IMG/VR virus record: IMGVR_UViG_3300030372_003296
Location: 1-29,924 of that record
Direction: 5' to 3' (one strand)
Origin: a virus
Lineage: Duplodnaviria > Caudoviricetes
DNA length: 29,924 nt
Under the pieces are notes generated by a model that had not been told where the DNA came from, searched no databases, and saw nothing but the letters and a program-made list of their open reading frames with translations. The position numbers and the translations under genes are program-made. Below are positions 9,013 to 18,123 of the stretch, piece after piece. Numbering within the stretch: the stretch's first letter is position 1; each line of letters starts with the position of its first letter.

Positions 9013-10614
9013 CTAAATTGAACTACTTTCAATTATGTTTCTATCCATACTTTGTGCAGTAGTTACATCATTACTAACTACAAAAGCTTTTACAGGTGTT
9101 TGATTTTGTTGTGATATAGTTTGTGCTAATTGATTTTCGGCTGCTGCTCCTACTATATTAAAATTAGGGGCTGCTGCGGCAGGGGCTTGTGGTGATGATA
9201 AAGAAACTCCTCCACCAAACCCTCCGCCTCCCGCTTTAGCAGACATTTGTTTAGCTTGTGCTATTGTAGCAATTATACTAGCCATTACAGGTAAAATTTG
9301 ACCTGCATAAGTAGCAATAATTGGAAGGTTTAAAGGAGGTGGTGCTGATGCAGTTGCTTTTACCATACCTGCTGATGCATCAACAGAGGCTTGTGCCCCT
9401 TTTGCTATGGCATCTGATATATTTGCTTTTGCTTTTATTATTTGTTCTTTAATAAGTAACCCTTGTTTTAATAAAAATAAAGCACGCCCTATTTTAGATT
9501 CTTGCCCTGCTGCTGATATAACAGCTTGTAATCCTTCTTGAACTGAATTTATTCTAGCTTGTTTTAATTCTTCTATATCAGCTAATGCTTTTTTCTGTTT
9601 TGCCTCATCTTGTGCTGCTATTTTATCTAAAAGTGCAAAATTTTTATCTATCCTTGCTTGTTTTTCAATCTCTTTTTTCTCTTCTTCTTCATCTGCAATT
9701 TTCTTTAGTTCTGTTTCTTCTCTTAACAAATTTACTCTATTTATATCTTGTTCATTTCTAAACCCTTCTACTGTTGCTAATACTGCTGCTTTTTCAGTTT
9801 CTGCATCTATCAAAGCAACCCGTCTTTCTGTGTTTTTACCAAATGCTTCAATAGTTTTTGCTGCTAAATCAATTTCTAGTTGAGCATTAGCTAACATTGC
9901 TTTTTCTTGTTTATCTAAAATTACACCTAACTTATTATTTGCTTCGGTTCTAGTTTCAACATCTAAAAGTACGTTATCTCTTATTCGTCTTTGTAGGTCA
10001 GCTTCTGTATTATATTGTTCTAATAATTTTCTATTTTGTGCTTGTGCTATTGGAACTCTATTTTGTAAATCAGTTAAATCCCTAGCTATATTTAATGATT
10101 CATTTGCTGATTTGTTTGCTTTTTCATTTGCTTCAATAGTTGCTTTTGATATTTTTGATATTTCTATTGCTCTTGTTCCTAAATCTCCAAAAAATATATT
10201 TTTAAGGCTTTCTCCCCAACTTTGTACCTTTTCTGTTATACTATCTAAATCAGGGCTAAAGTCTTGTATTGTTTTCCAAAGCCTTTCTATTTCACCCCCT
10301 AATTTATTTACATATATAGTTCCAAAATTATATGCTGTATTCCATTTATCGGCAAGAAATTGATTTGATTTTACTGCTCTACTTAAAATACCCATAGCTG
10401 TTGCAGCAAGAGCTAATTTTCCAATTAAACCTGTAACAGAGGTTGTTGAGGAATCCATCCCTTTAGAAATCTGTTTACTACTTTCTTGACCTTGTTCTCC
10501 TAAATCTTCTGCTGCATCAGTAGTATTATTAATTTCATCTTTTAATTCTTCTACCTGCTTTTGAGCACCTTTAGTTTTTGCCTCTATTTCTATTTGAACT
10601 CGCTTTTTAGCCAT
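9013..10614 (-). CDS. Tape measure-like protein
   Basis: 533 aa; long Ala/Glu/Lys/Gln coiled-coil with hydrophobic patches and Gly-rich linker; C-terminal PVKAFVVSNDVTTAQ. Confidence 0.65.
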   Translation of the reverse strand: MAKKRVQIEIEAKTKGAQKQVEELKDEINNTTDAAEDLGEQGQESSKQISKGMDSSTTSVTGLIGKLALAATAMGILSRAVKSNQFLADKWNTAYNFGTIYVNKLGGEIERLWKTIQDFSPDLDSITEKVQSWGESLKNIFFGDLGTRAIEISKISKATIEANEKANKSANESLNIARDLTDLQNRVPIAQAQNRKLLEQYNTEADLQRRIRDNVLLDVETRTEANNKLGVILDKQEKAMLANAQLEIDLAAKTIEAFGKNTERRVALIDAETEKAAVLATVEGFRNEQDINRVNLLREETELKKIADEEEEKKEIEKQARIDKNFALLDKIAAQDEAKQKKALADIEELKQARINSVQEGLQAVISAAGQESKIGRALFLLKQGLLIKEQIIKAKANISDAIAKGAQASVDASAGMVKATASAPPPLNLPIIATYAGQILPVMASIIATIAQAKQMSAKAGGGGFGGGVSLSSPQAPAAAAPNFNIVGAAAENQLAQTISQQNQTPVKAFVVSNDVTTAQSMDRNIIESSSI

Positions 10615-10751
10615 ACCTCTCTTTTACTTAATTTATATGCTTCTCTGATTGATTCAGGAAGTTTGTTTTGTCCTAATGCAATAGCAGAATATTGCCCACA
10701 TACTTTGCTGTCTTTTATAAAATCTAATAAATGGAATATATTTTCTAACAT
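10590..10751 (-). CDS. Small hypothetical protein (53 aa, MLENIFHLLDFIK...IALGQNKLP...)
   Basis: Hand translation; starts 1 nt after the upstream stop and overlaps the next start. Confidence 0.55.
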   Translation of the reverse strand: MLENIFHLLDFIKDSKVCGQYSAIALGQNKLPESIREAYKLSKREVWLKSEFK

Positions 10752-10752
10752 C

Positions 10753-12822
10753 TTATTTATTTATTAATTCTAAAGTTGCATCTCCTGTTACTAGATTGAT
10801 AGACATATTGTTTATTAAATATAATCTATCTGATATCTGAACCGTAGCATTTAATTCCATTCTTTGTATTAATGAAGAATTAAATTTTGCTTTGTATTTA
10901 TAAATCCTAGTCCTCTTATTAAACAATCTTGAAATATATGTTTTGTAATACTTTTCATATAAAGAGTTATTGTTTTGAGTTAAATTAAATTCATCTATTT
11001 CAGCACCAAAATTTAAAGTAATAGTCCCAGCATTATTTACGTTTGAAGGTCTATTATAAGTTGCATTTAATGAAGCGTGTGAAGTTGTAGTCCAACTTAT
11101 TGGATTTGCTGAACAAGCACCATTTACATTAAAAAACATTAAAGGATTCGTAACTATACTATCAACACTTTCAATATCATCTTTAAAATCTACCATCCAA
11201 CCCCATCCTAATTGAGTATTTGCTCCTCCTGTTACATTTGTCATTCTTTCATATAGTAATTTTTCAAATCCTGATTTAATAGTATATTCCCCACCATCTA
11301 AATCTTGTTCAGCTTGATAACTTAAACTACCAAAAGCTGTGCCTCCTATTATTTCGTTTCTTTGTTTTGTTAAATATGTTTTTGATTCAGGAAATTCAAA
11401 TTTTATACTTTTAAAAGGTAAAGCCCTATCAATACTTACATCATTTGTATTTGTAAAGTCTGTTATGTTTATTGTTGAACCTGCATTATAAAAAGTATCT
11501 AAAGTTTCTACATAAATCTCACCTGTATATTTAACGTAAGCAGTTAAGTTAAAAGTTTTAAAAATATAACTCATAAAGTCCATCACTTTAACATCAGGTA
11601 CATTTTCTGTTACAACTACTTTGTCAAGTAATTGATTCGTATTACTTCCAAATACATTAAAAGGACTTGCATCACCTACGCCTGGAGTATTGTCCGTTGT
11701 TTCTTTATAAATAGTTACCTGTGCATCATATTGACTAATACCTCCAGTTGATTCTATTTCATAATATAAATCGTGTGAATCCGATTCTCCTACTTGTGAT
11801 TCAACTAACCTACTTAAGCTTTGATTACCTGTAACCTCCATAGCAGCAAGAACTTCAACACCATTATCATACACTTTAATATTATACTTTCCACTACCTG
11901 TAATGTTATCTATAAAAAGATTAAATCTAAATGCTTGGGTTCTCCAACCATCATTAAAAGTCGTAAAAGTAAACCTCTCTCCATCTATTAAAAAATTACC
12001 ACTATTTCCATCAAAAAAATTACTTGCATCTCCACTTTCATAAGCCCAGTCAGTAATTCTATCTTTTATTTCATCTCCTGATTGAGACATTAACCTACCT
12101 TTGTATCTATGAAGCCATAAATACAATTCTGCAAAATCTGAACTATCAAAAAAGGTGCTACTAAATGTTAGCGAATAATGAGATGCAATTTTGTCTATTA
12201 TATTTTTAACTTTTAAAGCAGGTTTTAAATCTGCATAATCTAAACCTCTATTTGCTTTAGCAGCATCATAATATAAATTGCCATCTGTAGTTGTAGAGCC
12301 TGAAGAATCATAATAAAGCCTTTTAGTATGAGTAAGTAAAGGATATACTATTGAACCACTTAATAAGTTTGTTACAAGTCCTGTTTTAACATTTGTAGGG
12401 CTGTATAAATGGTCATAAGCACTTAATTCACTTATATCTGAAAGTCTATCGTCTCCAAATAAATCAGGGAGTTTAATTGTGTTACCAAAAAAAGTAATTT
12501 TATAATCTTTTGGCTTATTGTTTTCCATTGACACCCCATCAATTCTTACTTTTCCTTTTTTATAATCTACATAATTTATAGAAAGTAAAGCATCAATTCT
12601 TTTTCTTGCATCTAATACATCTGCCAAAGAAATATCAGGGTTGTAATAGTGTTTTAATATTTTATTATTTGTTGGTGTAGCTGGTATTGTAAAAGTCTTT
12701 GTAAACTCTGTAAATATCTTTGCAGGGTCTTTAGAGTTTTGAATAGATAAATTAATGCTAATGACTTCATCATCAAATAAATCTATTCTTTGATTTTGTA
12801 TAAATAATTGAACTGTATTCAT
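10753..12822 (-). CDS. Tail tip/baseplate hub protein
   Basis: 689 aa; N-terminal RIDLFDDE...FTKTFTIPAT..NNKIL typical of tail proteins; in tail operon. Confidence 0.65.
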   Translation of the reverse strand: MNTVQLFIQNQRIDLFDDEVISINLSIQNSKDPAKIFTEFTKTFTIPATPTNNKILKHYYNPDISLADVLDARKRIDALLSINYVDYKKGKVRIDGVSMENNKPKDYKITFFGNTIKLPDLFGDDRLSDISELSAYDHLYSPTNVKTGLVTNLLSGSIVYPLLTHTKRLYYDSSGSTTTDGNLYYDAAKANRGLDYADLKPALKVKNIIDKIASHYSLTFSSTFFDSSDFAELYLWLHRYKGRLMSQSGDEIKDRITDWAYESGDASNFFDGNSGNFLIDGERFTFTTFNDGWRTQAFRFNLFIDNITGSGKYNIKVYDNGVEVLAAMEVTGNQSLSRLVESQVGESDSHDLYYEIESTGGISQYDAQVTIYKETTDNTPGVGDASPFNVFGSNTNQLLDKVVVTENVPDVKVMDFMSYIFKTFNLTAYVKYTGEIYVETLDTFYNAGSTINITDFTNTNDVSIDRALPFKSIKFEFPESKTYLTKQRNEIIGGTAFGSLSYQAEQDLDGGEYTIKSGFEKLLYERMTNVTGGANTQLGWGWMVDFKDDIESVDSIVTNPLMFFNVNGACSANPISWTTTSHASLNATYNRPSNVNNAGTITLNFGAEIDEFNLTQNNNSLYEKYYKTYISRLFNKRTRIYKYKAKFNSSLIQRMELNATVQISDRLYLINNMSINLVTGDATLELINK

Positions 12823-13964
12823 TATCTAATTTCATTAATTTCATCATAAGCGTACTCAAACTCAACTTGAAAATCTATTAACCTATCATTTACTCTTGTC
12901 TTATATTGTAAACTTTGTGTTACTGGTATAATTGGATAAACCTCGCCTCCTTCTTGAATCCAAGCTTGTTCAGTTAATAATATTTGTTGTATTACTTCAT
13001 TAAAGCTTTCATCTACAAATCCTGTATTTAGTTTTAATTTCTTTTTACCTTTTACATTAAAGAATTTCTTTGTTGGTGCATTTAAAGAATAACTAACTAC
13101 TGCCCCTTTTACAGAGGTGTCTGTTGTTGCTGTTGTTGCATCTGAACTTGTTATTGTATTTGCTTCATAACTATCTTTAGTAATATTTATACTTTCATCT
13201 CTACGTTTAAAGAAATATACATTTTGAGCAACACCAAACTTATTCATAAAGGTTAACCTATAAGGTGTAAACTTACATTCTTCAGTTTCATATACAGTAC
13301 AAGTTGTAGTATTACCTTCTATATCTGTAATAGTAACTGAACTAGGTACACCATCATAATATAATGTATCAATAGTTTCTTGTGAGTCTGCTACATTTAT
13401 ACTTTCCATATCTGCAGTATATTTTCCTCCTGATGGGTCGCAATCTTTACAGTCATCAACAGTCCACTCGGCATCAACAGTTAATTTTTTCACTTTATAA
13501 CCTAGCGTTGTAGTTTTGGTTAAAGAAGCACCTTCATAATATTTAACAGAAAATGCTCCACCTTCACCTGTATAAACTGGTATATAAAATGGGTCTCCTT
13601 TTTTATGGTAAATTATAGTATTTGATTGTAAAAGCCCTTTAGATAATTCAGGGTTTATTCCATCTTCAAAATATCCGTAACCATTAAAACAAAGGGCAGC
13701 ATTTCTAACAACATCTGTTTTACTATCACTAAATGTTCTTGTTATTTCCCATTCAGCCCAAGCAGTTTGGTTAATAGTTGAAAAATCCCCTGTGAAAGTT
13801 ACAGTTGTATAATCTCTTATTAATTCACTTACTTCAAATACTATTGAATTTTCTGTTGATATTCTTTCCTTATATAAAGTATATGTAGGGTCAGCAGTTC
13901 TAGAACCAAATTGTCCTTGATAAATCCAAAGTCTTAACGTTGCGTTACTTATTGTTTTTGCCAT
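12822..13964 (-). CDS. Tail protein (distal tail-like)
   Basis: 380 aa; FMNKFGV...F, LKLNTGF..E......QILLTE..W motifs; coupled to hub gene by TAATG. Confidence 0.6.
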   Translation of the reverse strand: MAKTISNATLRLWIYQGQFGSRTADPTYTLYKERISTENSIVFEVSELIRDYTTVTFTGDFSTINQTAWAEWEITRTFSDSKTDVVRNAALCFNGYGYFEDGINPELSKGLLQSNTIIYHKKGDPFYIPVYTGEGGAFSVKYYEGASLTKTTTLGYKVKKLTVDAEWTVDDCKDCDPSGGKYTADMESINVADSQETIDTLYYDGVPSSVTITDIEGNTTTCTVYETEECKFTPYRLTFMNKFGVAQNVYFFKRRDESINITKDSYEANTITSSDATTATTDTSVKGAVVSYSLNAPTKKFFNVKGKKKLKLNTGFVDESFNEVIQQILLTEQAWIQEGGEVYPIIPVTQSLQYKTRVNDRLIDFQVEFEYAYDEINEIR

Positions 13965-13974
13965 CTTTTATTTT

Positions 13975-15777
13975 TTAAGGTGTACCTCCTGCTATTTCAT
14001 TTCCTGAACTATCTCTAAACCCAAGAGCATTTATATAATCAATAACTTTATAAGTTAAATTTGTTGCAGTTATATTTTTATAAACACTTGTATTTGAAGT
14101 ATCATATAATATTCTTGGTGATTCAGTAGTACCACCATAAGAAACTGAATTTGTATATCTATAATTTCCTTTTGTATTTAATTCTGTTTTATAAGCACCA
14201 TTACATTCCCCTGAAGTATTTGAGTAATACCCTTGTTTTGCTAACTTCATAAAATTAGGTAAAAATCTTCCTCCGTATGGTATATCACTTGCCCCACTAA
14301 TAGAAGGTACATTAACAACATAAGCATTCATTCTTCCATAGTCAGCTTGACCAAACATCTGATGAATTTGGTTAATATCATATTCGTATTGGTCTGTTAC
14401 ATTACAATATTCTCCGTTTGTATTATAATAATACCCTTCTGCACTATTAACAAAAACAATATTTATAACCTTAACACCTGCTGTTGCGTTTGCAGGATTT
14501 AAACTAATACTATTGTTGTGGTTTCTCCAAACATCTTCTAGAAATGGATAAACAAAACTTTGCTGTCCATTAAAAGAACCTGAACCACCTGTAATTCTGG
14601 AATTATAATGAATTAAAACCCTATTCGCATAAGTTGTTAAGCTTCCCCCATAATAACTTAATAGAGCAGCTCTTAAATGGTCTCCTGTTGTGTTAACTGC
14701 ATCATATAAAGAGCCTGCACTACCAGTATAAAAATTAGTGTCATTACCAGTAATTAAATTAACATAAGTATTTGAATCAAATTCCAAAGGGTAATTACTG
14801 TCACTTGCAACTATAACAGGAGGGTTAGGACAATCAAATGTTATATCAAAATAATCATTTACAAAAGGCGTAAATGCTGTTATATTTACCCTACTTGGAT
14901 AAGTTAAGTTTTTATCTGTTATCGTTAATGTTTTAGTTGCTTTTGTAGATGAAGCTGCTAAATCAACTAAAGAAGCACTAATACCCATATCATTTACCAA
15001 TTCACTATAATAAGAATTACTTCCAATATATTTACTTGAAACTGCAGTAGAACCACTTTTAACCCATTGAGCAGAAAAAGTTACAGGCACATCCCCTCCG
15101 TTTGTTATTTTAATTTCTAAAGGGTCAGAAGAAGAAGTTATTTGTGCAGTATCTAAACTAAAATTTATAGTTCCTGTAAAGCTACCTATTTCATAAGTTT
15201 TACCACATTGAGCATTTATTTGAGTTGTAGTTAATGGAGGATATTCAGGACAATCTAAATTTACTTTAGTTACTTTTGTTACAACGCCTGAAGCTATTGT
15301 ATAGATGTAATAAAATCTATATCTAAACCCTACACCATTACCTGAACTTGCATTACATACTGCAGGGTCTTTTCCTTGCGTATAAGTTGAATATTGTTCA
15401 ATAGTATTTGAAGCAAATACAGATGATACTCCTGTTTGATGGCTAGGTGCATCTACATTATTATATAAGTTGTCTCCCACCTCCATAGGAATCTGTTTAA
15501 CTTTATATGTAACTTCAGTTTTATCTTCGTAGCAAGGTGGGTCAACACAGTCATCTTGCGTACCACCCTCCATTTTACGACCATCAGTCCATCCATATTG
15601 GCATTTTTCACAAACATAAGCTAAAAGACCTGATTCAGTAGTTGGTAATGTTTCGCCATAAAGAACACTAATTGTATTCATTATAAAATATGCTCCTGTT
15701 TCATTTGGTGCATCAGCAGGAGGTAATACATTATCTGCTACTATATAATATGGACTTCTTACGTTTATTTTTTTCAT
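13975..15777 (-). CDS. Tail-associated structural protein (600 aa)
   Basis: Ser/Thr/Asn/Tyr/Gly-rich, beta-rich, in tail operon. Confidence 0.55.
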   Translation of the reverse strand: MKKINVRSPYYIVADNVLPPADAPNETGAYFIMNTISVLYGETLPTTESGLLAYVCEKCQYGWTDGRKMEGGTQDDCVDPPCYEDKTEVTYKVKQIPMEVGDNLYNNVDAPSHQTGVSSVFASNTIEQYSTYTQGKDPAVCNASSGNGVGFRYRFYYIYTIASGVVTKVTKVNLDCPEYPPLTTTQINAQCGKTYEIGSFTGTINFSLDTAQITSSSDPLEIKITNGGDVPVTFSAQWVKSGSTAVSSKYIGSNSYYSELVNDMGISASLVDLAASSTKATKTLTITDKNLTYPSRVNITAFTPFVNDYFDITFDCPNPPVIVASDSNYPLEFDSNTYVNLITGNDTNFYTGSAGSLYDAVNTTGDHLRAALLSYYGGSLTTYANRVLIHYNSRITGGSGSFNGQQSFVYPFLEDVWRNHNNSISLNPANATAGVKVINIVFVNSAEGYYYNTNGEYCNVTDQYEYDINQIHQMFGQADYGRMNAYVVNVPSISGASDIPYGGRFLPNFMKLAKQGYYSNTSGECNGAYKTELNTKGNYRYTNSVSYGGTTESPRILYDTSNTSVYKNITATNLTYKVIDYINALGFRDSSGNEIAGGTP

Positions 15778-15780
15778 ATT

Positions 15781-16323
15781 TTATTTTTTAAAGAAACTAA
15801 ATGATTTTGACTTATCATCTAATAGTAAAAAAATGTCTTTTTCAAAACTGTTCATTATATCTTTTGGTAAATTTTCAAATGCTTTTTCAAAAGGTTTAGT
15901 AAAAAACATACTTGCCCTTATTCCTTTTTCCATTATACTTCTTGCAAATAAAAATCCTATTGTTTTATAGTTTCCTCTTTCAAATCTTCCTTTTTCGTCT
16001 CTTAATCTAATATTTCTTGACTGTGCCCAATCTGCTATTGTTTGTATAGGTGGCATTTTTCTTTTATATTGAAAAGGAGACTTTTTACTTTCAGGATATG
16101 TACTTTTTTTACCTTTTACTCCTTTATCTTGATATGCTCCATAATCATTCATTAAAAATTCTAACAATATAGAATTAGAAAATTCTTGTACATTATATCC
16201 TAAACTTTTATATAAATCTTTTGATGAGTTTTTTTTCTTTATAGATAAATTTCTTTTTGCTTGGCTAATTACATATTGACCAAACTGATTTAAAACTTGC
16301 TTTGTTCTTTTTAATTTATTCAT
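15781..16323 (-). CDS. Neck/tail completion protein (HK97 gp10-like)
   Basis: Basic 180 aa; YG.YQDKGV.G...KMPP...W...IMEKGI...FF.KPF pattern. Confidence 0.55.
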   Translation of the reverse strand: MNKLKRTKQVLNQFGQYVISQAKRNLSIKKKNSSKDLYKSLGYNVQEFSNSILLEFLMNDYGAYQDKGVKGKKSTYPESKKSPFQYKRKMPPIQTIADWAQSRNIRLRDEKGRFERGNYKTIGFLFARSIMEKGIRASMFFTKPFEKAFENLPKDIMNSFEKDIFLLLDDKSKSFSFFKK

Positions 16324-16781
16324 TAATCACAAATTGTCATTTCATTTTGCATTTCTACATCAAAAGTAGCAGTCCATCCTGCTAACTTATTTTCAAATCT
16401 ATCCATAAAAGGTTCACAAGTAACATCATCTATAACTTGATATAAACTAGAAAATAAATCACCCCTTTGTAATTTATTAATAATTCTAACTGCTGTTGCT
16501 AGTTGTGTATTTAAAACATCTTGCTCATCATCATTACCTCTAAATTTATCTGTCGTTTCTGAATTGCTTATATCAACAATACCCATAAATAAAATACTTA
16601 TATTAAAAGTTAATGTACTTGTTCCTACGCTACAATTGTTTATTATAATATGAGACAAAGGAAATATATTTTGTTTATCTAAATCAATATCATCTATATT
16701 GCCAAATGTTACAGTATTTACAAAAGGTTCTGCAATTAAGCTGTCTTTTAGTTGTTGAGTTATTTCGTAAAAACCTTTCAT
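16323..16781 (-). CDS. Putative tail terminator
   Basis: Acidic 152 aa; IFPLSHI, EPF.DRFEN.LAGW motifs; next to the neck gene. Confidence 0.55.
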   Translation of the reverse strand: MKGFYEITQQLKDSLIAEPFVNTVTFGNIDDIDLDKQNIFPLSHIIINNCSVGTSTLTFNISILFMGIVDISNSETTDKFRGNDDEQDVLNTQLATAVRIINKLQRGDLFSSLYQVIDDVTCEPFMDRFENKLAGWTATFDVEMQNEMTICD

Positions 16782-17040
16782 TTCCTTTTAATTAAATTTT
16801 TCTCTAATTGTAATTTTTCTTTTTCGAAAGCTAAATATGTTAAACATTTAAAAAGTCCTAATTCTGTTATTTTATCGAATCTGGTAACATCCCCTTGAGC
16901 AAGTCCATAAATTGATTGATACCAATTCCACTTTCTTCCAAAATTTGCTTGGGCACTGTATTCGTTTCCTGATTCATTTCCTTCTTCAAAGAGTTCAGGG
17001 TAATTTCCAGCAATTCGTTGTTTAAATTGTAAAAAAAAAC
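16778..17040 (-). CDS. -1 frameshift extension of the chaperone (about 247 aa product ending ...KWNWYQSIYGLAQGD...LTYLAFEKEK...KRK)
   Basis: T-TTT-TTT heptamer in GTT TTT TTT TAC (17029-17040); -1 frame open for 84 codons with no ATG, ending in ATGA overlap with the next gene. Confidence 0.75.
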
Positions 17041-17520
17041 TATGCTTCCAAATACTGCATCTAAAGGTGCTTTCTTCATTACCTCTGCATATTTATCTCC
17101 TTCATAATCTTCTATTAAATACCTATTTTTATCTCTATGTGTAACAGGTCTATAAAGAACTGCCATTGCTTTATGCATTTCTTGCCAGTCTGATAATGTT
17201 TGGTCTAAATCAACGTATTCACCTAAACTAATTTCATCAAGTGTTGGTATAAATCCAAACTCTTTTCCATCTAACATAAAAGCTTCCTTTAATTTTGGCT
17301 TTTGAGCAAAAATATTATCAAGTTCTTTTGTAACATTCTTAACTGATGAGAATTTTATTTTAGCAATATCTTTTAAATTTAAATCACAAAATATCTCTAT
17401 CATTTTATGCAATAAAAAACTAGAGTTTTTATTTTCATCATTATCTAGTTTTAAAAACTTTTGATATTGTTCTAATGTAATATCACTTAAAGTCGTAGGA
17501 ATTAAAATATCTACTTTCAT
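16867..17520 (-). CDS. Tail assembly chaperone-like protein, unshifted product (217 aa)
   Basis: Start at MKVDIL (17520), 6 nt after the late motif; repeated DITLEQY/EISLGEY motif; contains T9 slippery run. Confidence 0.65.
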   Translation of the reverse strand: MKVDILIPTTLSDITLEQYQKFLKLDNDENKNSSFLLHKMIEIFCDLNLKDIAKIKFSSVKNVTKELDNIFAQKPKLKEAFMLDGKEFGFIPTLDEISLGEYVDLDQTLSDWQEMHKAMAVLYRPVTHRDKNRYLIEDYEGDKYAEVMKKAPLDAVFGSIVFFYNLNNELLEITLNSLKKEMNQETNTVPKQILEESGIGINQFMDLLKGMLPDSIK

Positions 17521-17526
17521 ATATAT

Positions 17527-17552
17527 ATACAATAATTAAATTAAAGATTTGT
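17527..17552 (-). promoter_or_regulatory. Putative late promoter ACAA-N15-ATTGTAT (tail operon)
   Basis: Exact motif right after a terminator; 6 nt upstream of ATG 17520. Confidence 0.75.
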
Positions 17553-17554
17553 AT

Positions 17555-17596
17555 AAAACAAAAGAGGTAACAAGTCCTGATTGCTACCCCTTTTTG
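17555..17596 (-). terminator. Rho-independent terminator
   Basis: AAAAGGGGTAGCAA-TCAGGAC-TTGTTACCTCTTTT followed by GTTTT. Confidence 0.75.
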
Positions 17597-17656
17597 AATA
17601 AACCAAATTAAACTAAATGAAAAATTATTCTATCAAGTCATATCTAATTTACAAAA

Positions 17657-17902
17657 TTATTTTGTATTATAAAAATTTCTATATGCCCAAGTGTATATAT
17701 CGTGTACTTTTTTTAATAATTCAGGACTATTTTGTACATACTCTATATTACCTCTTTTAAAATAACCGTAGTTCATTGCTTTGAGTGTTAACTTAACTCT
17801 TGCTTTATATCCTTTTCTAACTGGCGTTTGTATAACATATACTTCATTATCAAAACACCAATCAATCATATCGGTTATAGTCTTATTTTCTAAAAAACCC
17901 AT
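17657..17902 (-). CDS. Hypothetical protein (81 aa)
   Basis: ORF track; overlaps upstream small ORF. Confidence 0.55.
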   Translation of the reverse strand: MGFLENKTITDMIDWCFDNEVYVIQTPVRKGYKARVKLTLKAMNYGYFKRGNIEYVQNSPELLKKVHDIYTWAYRNFYNTK

Positions 17903-18039
17903 AGAAAACTAAATAAATGTAATGATAAAGCACATAGTGAAATAAATGTTACTAATAATACCATTCCATCTATAATTGCTTCTTTTAAACTTTGTCTATT
18001 TTCTTTACTTGCGATTTGTTTTATTAATTTGTATTTCAT
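17890..18039 (-). CDS. Small membrane protein (49 aa from MKYKLIK)
   Basis: C-terminal hydrophobic helix; ATG 18039 lies downstream of the TATATTTG element. Confidence 0.5.
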   Translation of the reverse strand: MKYKLIKQIASKENRQSLKEAIIDGMVLLVTFISLCALSLHLFSFLWVF

Positions 18040-18044
18040 AATTA

Positions 18045-18080
18045 AAAATTTAGTTAAACATAAAAAATTAGTTAAACATA
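18045..18080. repeat. 18-bp tandem repeat, 2 copies, 1 mismatch
   Basis: aaaatttagttaaacata / aaaaattagttaaacata. Confidence 0.85.
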
Positions 18081-18084
18081 ATAA

Positions 18085-18108
18085 CAAATATACATATAAT
18101 TTGTTAAT
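18085..18108 (-). promoter_or_regulatory. Host-type promoter ATTAACA-N9-TATATTTG
   Basis: Matches the Bacteroidota -7 consensus TAnnTTTG; intergenic just after terL. Confidence 0.6.
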
Positions 18109-18123
18109 AACAACTAATTTATT

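Noticed and set aside
10112-10767. Plus-strand ORFs 10112-10363 and 10561-10767
   Set aside because: Antisense to the tape measure gene and to a coupled 53-aa minus-strand ORF
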